NCBI RefSeq assembly: GCF_009914755.1
Contig: NC_060929.1
Origin: the human T2T-CHM13v2.0 reference genome, Homo sapiens
Direction: 5' to 3' (one strand)
DNA: 64,000 nt
The translations under genes were made by a program, and so were the position numbers. The notes under the pieces were generated by a model. That model saw only the letters and a list, made by a program, of their open reading frames with translations. It was not told the origin of the DNA and did no database searches. Shown piece after piece: positions 57,326-64,000 of this stretch. Numbering within the stretch: the stretch's first letter is position 1; each line of letters begins with the position of its first letter.

Positions 57326-60300
57326 CCGCAGTGACTTCAGCCAACATGAGCTTGTCCAGAGAGAGCGGAGCCAGCTCAATGTTCCCTGGTTAGCGTTCAG
57401 ACCATGGTCCCTCAACACATGTTTTTGGTTGAAGGTGATGATTATAGCGGCCACAGGTTAAGAGATGGATTTGATCACACGATGTGCAAGGAAACAACAA
57501 TGAGTGCAAAACTGAATTGATTTCAAGGTCTGAACCTCACTCTATATGAAATTCATTTCCCTGGAGGACTCCTTCATCATAAAACAAAACAGAGAAGACT
57601 AACAAAATAACCTCATTTATTCTTACATCCTAAGCCTCTCCAACATTTTGCCACATTTGTTTGGGGCCATATTTTAAAATGTTTTTTGTTAAAAATGGAT
57701 GCTTGAATCTGGCAGAATTGGAGCAAAAGGAACAACTAGCAAAGGGGAAGAAATGAAGAAGGGAGCATTAGTGTGCCTGGGATTAGGGGTGGTGGGGAAG
57801 AGGTAGCGGAGGCAGAGCGTAGAAATGAAGCCCTTCCCTTCTGATCACCCACAGCTCTAACCCCCGCAACCCCACCTCCCCATGCCGCTTGGCCTCTCAC
57901 AATCTAGCTGCCATCATGCTTATCAACTGAGGCCTCCAACAAAATTTAAGGCTTTTTTTTCCCCACTTCTATCCTTTTTCCTCAGTGACAGACAGATACT
58001 CCAGGAACACAAAGATAGATCTGCTTTTTAAAAATTCAATTTCTTGTCCCCAAATGAATTTCAAACGAAAAAGGACTAAGGGCATTAACTTTTCATTTTA
58101 CATTTCATATGTGCTTAAATTTTTGCTATGTCAACATGATATAGCTTCCCATGAAGATTCTCCATTCCTTTCTAGAGAAGGCAAAGCAAGTGTCTCCTCT
58201 CTTTAGAATGCTCCCTGTAAATGTGCCTCCTTCAGTAGTCTACGACCTGGAGGTGGTAGGGAATGGGGTGGCGTTAGGGCATGAAGTGGGGACAGCCACT
58301 GATATTGGTACAATATCCACTGCCTAGAGGAAAGCTTGAGAAACTGGACAGAGCCTATTAAGCCTGCATGAAATTGTCTAAAGACAGAATAGTGTTACAT
58401 TGTCAGGTTCTGGCTAAGCCTTAGGCAGATTTTACTGACTTAAATTTATCTCTAATAAGCTTTTGGACATTTAAGAGCAATATAATTTGCATTCATAGAT
58501 TATTTTTTTCCAAAAAATGAAAAGGTGACCTCTTTAAAAACACTAATTCCTTAAATTCTTAACCTTGGCTCCCCACCCTGAAATCACATAAACAAGTCTG
58601 AATCCTGCTAGGAAGAAAAATCAAGAGTAATGATTTTCAATAATGACCAGATGAATTTACTTTTACCTACCACATGCTCCTTCTGCTGGATTTCCAAGCT
58701 ATACTAGTTTAGGAAATAGTATTCTAGGAAAAGAGTTTTATTTTCTTGGATGTTTTATTTTCTTTATATATTCCTGAAACAATAGCTACAGAAGCAAACC
58801 AAAAATATCAACTCATCTTAAAGTCATTGGCAAAAGAAGAAAGGAGTACTGGAAAAACAATGTCAACATTATTATCTAAAATATGCCTTAAAATATAGTC
58901 TTATTTTAAAACACAAAAAGGCACCCACAGTTCTAGTTGTCTACATGAACATCAAAGGTGGAGGTCAAGAGACTTGCACTTGGCTGAGTGGCTAATGCTG
59001 TCCCAGGTAGCTACACACTCCGTAGGTCCTAGCAGGGAAGAATTTGAAGTAAGAAAGAAGGGAGAGGGAGAAGACCACTGGCATTTAAAAGCCAAATGAT
59101 GTTGGCCACATGGATGCCACTCCGTTTATCTCTGGAAGCAAATTTAAGGAACCAACAGAGAGGAAAGTGTTGCCCCGTCAGCAGGTGGTGGTTGTGTATT
59201 GTTTTAAGCACAGATCTGTTAGCAGTCTCCTATCCCATAACTTTGAATTTCCTCTCTGTGTGATAGGGTGGGGATGGTCTGAAACCAGAGTCAGGATGTG
59301 GCTCAAGTCCTGGCTTCACGACTTAACTACACATGAGCTCATTGGGCTACGATGCATGTGAGAATCAACAACATATCTGAAGTGGAACTTTCAGGCCCCT
59401 GGAAGACAGAGATTTTATGAATAATAACACTTACTTTAATTTTATTTAAAAATCTAATCTCTATTGATGGTGCATCTCAAACTCCTCTAGAGTCCTTTCA
59501 ACGCTGGGTAGCGAGTGCTGGCCTCTGCTGCCCTCCATGATGCTTTCCCATTGCATCATTTCTATGTTTAGCCCAATCTCACCTGACTCTTCAAGCCTTT
59601 TTTGGCCACACCTAGCTGTCAGTCACTTTCTCACCAGTTTTTCCTCCTGTACTGCCATGATCATAACACTAAATTGCCACTAGGCTGTTGTGCTGGGGCT
59701 CACCGGCTGAGTGCCATTTCTTCCACTCAGTCATGAGTTTCTGCAGGGCAGAGTCTGCCCTCTCTCAGCCTCCTTAGCCCTCCCCAACACAAAGCAGGTG
59801 GTCAGCAAATGCTCCTGGGATAAAACTGCTGCATAGCAGAAGCAGCACAGGAAGTCATTTCTTTAATGTGAATAGTGATCTTGGCTTTGTTGGAAAAATG
59901 AAGAATGTAAATACACTTGCATACTAAAATCTAAAGCCTTCTGTCATGATATGGACGACTGTGACTGTTCTGGTGTCACAGATGTCTGCATGACAAACTG
60001 AATCAAATGGCATCATTTTTTGCTTCCTATTATGTGGTCACTCCTGGCCAGCAGCAGAAGCAGCAGCAAGTGTCGAGCTGCTGTATGTGTGAATAGACAG
60101 GGATGGGGAGTCATTCTGGTCTCACCAAACTGTGCTCCAGCAACACAACCCAGACCCTAAACTTAGCCAGATGATGTGTAAAGGGGACCCGTGAGCCTAC
60201 ACTGGTCTAGCTTCTTCATCTACTTTTTCATCAAAGGATGTCAAATGTACTTTAATAAAGGTGGTAGCCTATATCCTTTCAAACACCACGAAGACATACT

Positions 60301-61705
60301 TATGCTACTATATTAATCAGAGAGCATTTTAACAGACAGAGCTAGCCAGGTCCTTATTGATTACACTTCTACAATTGCTTCTGAGACAGTTCCTTCTGCA
60401 GTCTTCACTAGGGACCCTGACACTGTGAAAGTAGGGAATGCTAGCAAGGGAAAAACACTTTTAAATAGTTGTGAATAAGTGAAATAGAAAAAAATCAGGC
60501 ATGGGAGTTCAGAAGAGCCTACAATTTTAGCTTTGGAGGAGTTATATTTCTTCTGGTGGGACAGATGTTTGCCAAAGGATAACAGAATTTAAGGGGTTAT
60601 GAAATGGATGCCTCAGTAGGGGGTTTCAGAGTACTGTATATTTGCCATATGGTAGCACCTATCCAGAGAAATCACGTCAGATGTTCATGATTTCGTGACT
60701 CAGACGAAAAGCAGAATTGTCAGAGGATTCCCATTCCTGCCCATGAACGCATGTAGATATTCGTGGAGGCAGGCTCTTATCTTGCTCTGTGCACACACAT
60801 TTCACACAAACACATACCGCCTCTCAAGACTGGAGGCTGAGAGCATTGGGATGAATACTCATGAGATGACGATTATTAATGCCACTGAGGTGGATTTTGT
60901 TCCTTCTCAGTAGAGACTGGTTGTTATACCTAGAAACTGATCAACTGTAGGAGAAATGGCAGCTTTGAACCATTTCAACTAAAACAATCCTGTATGTTTC
61001 ACTTTCAAAATATAGATTATTTGGCTAGGTGTTTTCAATCACCCCTTTTGCCCCTATCCCAGCAATTTCATCCAGCAGAGATTTGCAACTTTGGTACAAA
61101 ATACAACACTTTTGGGAGCACAGTTTCTAGAGTTTAGAAGAATCATATCTTGGTAACTACTTTCCTTCCTAAGAGCAAAAATTAAACAAGACATAAAGTT
61201 GATTCTAAGAAATCTCAATAGATTCCTGATGATTTTTGTGAAAAACGCATCAGGAGAGAATCACAAGACATTTGCTACTTTTATTATTTAAAAAACCATT
61301 TAATACAACAGGCCTTATTAAAGAGCTATTTCTAAGAATTATAGAATCTTACAGTCAAACAGAGAATTTTTAAAATGAGAATTTTTAAAAAATGGCTACT
61401 TGTGACAGTTAACCAGATCCCTATGTATCTGTTATGAACTCTGCCCAACCAGTCAGCCTGCCTGGTTGTGCTATATGCATGATATAATGTGAAATTACCA
61501 AGAACTATTGTTTTCGGCCAAAGAAAATGACTTATTTTGGGTTGGAATAAAAATGTTTGTTTTTCACCTTAGACCTAAGAAATCATGTGAAGTAAGTCTA
61601 ACATTAATTAGGTAGAGAAAGATACCTATATGTCTTTATTACCTGGTTAGAAAATTTAAAATTAACTTCTTATACTCCGTTGCCACATCAACATTCATGT
61701 TTTCA

Positions 61706-62155
<450 letters not shown>

Positions 62156-63321
62156 TTAAAAGCATTCTGTGAAAAATCTGATGAGTGAGCAGAGGAACTG
62201 TGACATGATTATCTTTATTTCCTCAGGGAGCATAATCAAGGTTGCGAGGTCTGATTGAACTGAGGCTACCAACAACGCTTCTGTTCCATTTTAATACAAT
62301 GGACCCAAATTGCTAAATTCTAACCAAGACCAAAGAGATGTGAAAGTTATTTGAAATGGACTAGTAGAGCATCTTTGTCTTACCCAAGACCTCAGTGTGC
62401 ACATGTGGTTGCCATGAAAGCTAAGTGCTTTCATAAACAACCAGCTACCATGGGTAGGACCCTTATGAGAATCCAGCATCAGGTCAGATGACAACTGGCT
62501 CAACAAGCAATTTAAACTGTTGCCCCTTGTGACTGTTTTGTCAGCTTTTCTCTGAAAGCAATGCTCATGGAGGACCTACAGAATGTTCCTCCTTAAATAA
62601 TGACAAAGGGAGAGGTGAGAAGAAGAGGGCATGTCCACAATGGACAGAGCGTCACAGTAATTCATGCAGGCAGAGCAATGCAAAATGTTAACGACAAATA
62701 GAATGCTTTAGGCTTTTAAATATTTTTTAAAAGGAGATGTTCTAGAAAAGGTCATAAACATTGCATATATATTATAACATCATTTGAAAATGCTTTTAAA
62801 TAATTATTCTTTTTTTGTTAGGACAGTCTACATAAAGAAAAAAAGGAACAGAGAATAACATTCTATTTTTCTTTGAAAGAAAGCCTGTATACACCCTGAA
62901 CCTAAACACGTACCATCACTGCAGATATTGGAAATAAAACACTATAGTTGTCTTTGGAAATAGAACTTGTAGCTTATGTTTTTAATGAGCTTTCGATATA
63001 TTTTAACGAAATGCGATTTTGTTCCATCTACTGTGTTATGAATAGAACAAACAGAACATGTTTATTTCCAAAATTTGTTTTATTGGTTCCTTGCGTTGCA
63101 CATGTTGAACTATCCAAGGACATTAATAATACAAATCTGACTGTTAATAACTAAATAACTGACTATAAAAATAAAGCAACTATAAAGTTCAATAAAAATG
63201 TGACTACAGAGGCAAACTCAACTGTCTTTAGAAATACCATTTACTGGAAATTTTATTGAAGTGAATGCAAAGGAAACAAAATGTTTTTAGTGCCCAGCAT
63301 GCATAAAATAATCCTTCAGTA

Positions 63322-63532
63322 CAGGGGGTTAACCTGAAGGCAAATCTAGCTTCTCTTTTTTTATGAATAAAGTTTTATTGAAGCACAGCCATGTCGGTTC
63401 ATTTCTAAATTTTTTACATCTGCTTTTGTCCTATGAAGGAATAGCTGGGTATTAGTGACAGAGACTGTACAGCCCACAAACCATAAACAATTTACAAACT
63501 GTCCCCTTACAGAAAAATTTTGTCCAACTGTG
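63322..63532 (+). mobile_element. MER58A-like hAT MITE
   Basis: gaataaagttttattgaagcacagccatg...gacagagactgtacagcccacaaa...cttacagaaaaatttt. Confidence 0.7.
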
Positions 63533-64000
63533 CTTTAGTGAATTTGACCATTTTATATACACTTTCATTTGTGCTTGTATTGCCATTAGTATCCTAAATT
63601 GAGTACACAAAAAGTGCTCAATGGTACACAGAAGGTGCTCAGAATATATTCTGATTTGGACTGATTTGAAATACTAGGAATATTAACATATGCATCTATC
63701 TTGTTTTAAATAAAACACAAAGCTGCTTATTCATCCATTGAGAAACGTTTTGCCAAAGTTTGGTAATCTAAATAATCAAAATGACTTCATTCATTTCCAG
63801 CCTCACAAAAATGTTAATTTTTAGAGTAAAATAATTGATTTTGCAGTTTTAAATAGTATATTAAAAAGAAATTAGTATCTACCCCAGTATTTGAGGATAA
63901 CTTTCAGGAATACCATGTTAAGACATTTGTGTCTGCTCTTCAAAGTATACAATGCGAAAATATAGGAACAAAATGTGCATTTTTTTCATTCCCAAATCCA

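Overview
Human genomic DNA (Alu/MIR/L2/MaLR-rich, with a human-specific AluYg6) from inside the CTNND2 (delta-catenin) gene on 5p15.2, transcribed on the minus strand. Four GT-AG coding exons encoding central armadillo repeats can be read directly: 61992-61809 (184 nt), 19198-19081 (118 nt), 12674-12489 (186 nt) and 379-206 (174 nt). They splice in one continuous frame and are probably exons 12-15 of the main transcript (numbering from memory). The other ~99% is intron: 12 Alus, several MaLR LTRs, DNA transposon relics, L1/L2/MIR fragments, a (TG)n tract, 59-bp and 43-bp VNTRs and an ~825-bp almost pure A/T tract. Nearly all ORFs in the supplied track are spurious. I see no evidence of a wholly new biological system. 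The best leads are a 250-bp locally templated insertion that splits a MIR, two shorter local duplications, closely spaced inverted Alu pairs around exon 14, a young AluYg6, the two VNTRs, the AT-rich tract and a candidate 6-nt microexon or recursive splice site. Repeat subfamily calls were made by eye and their boundaries are approximate.
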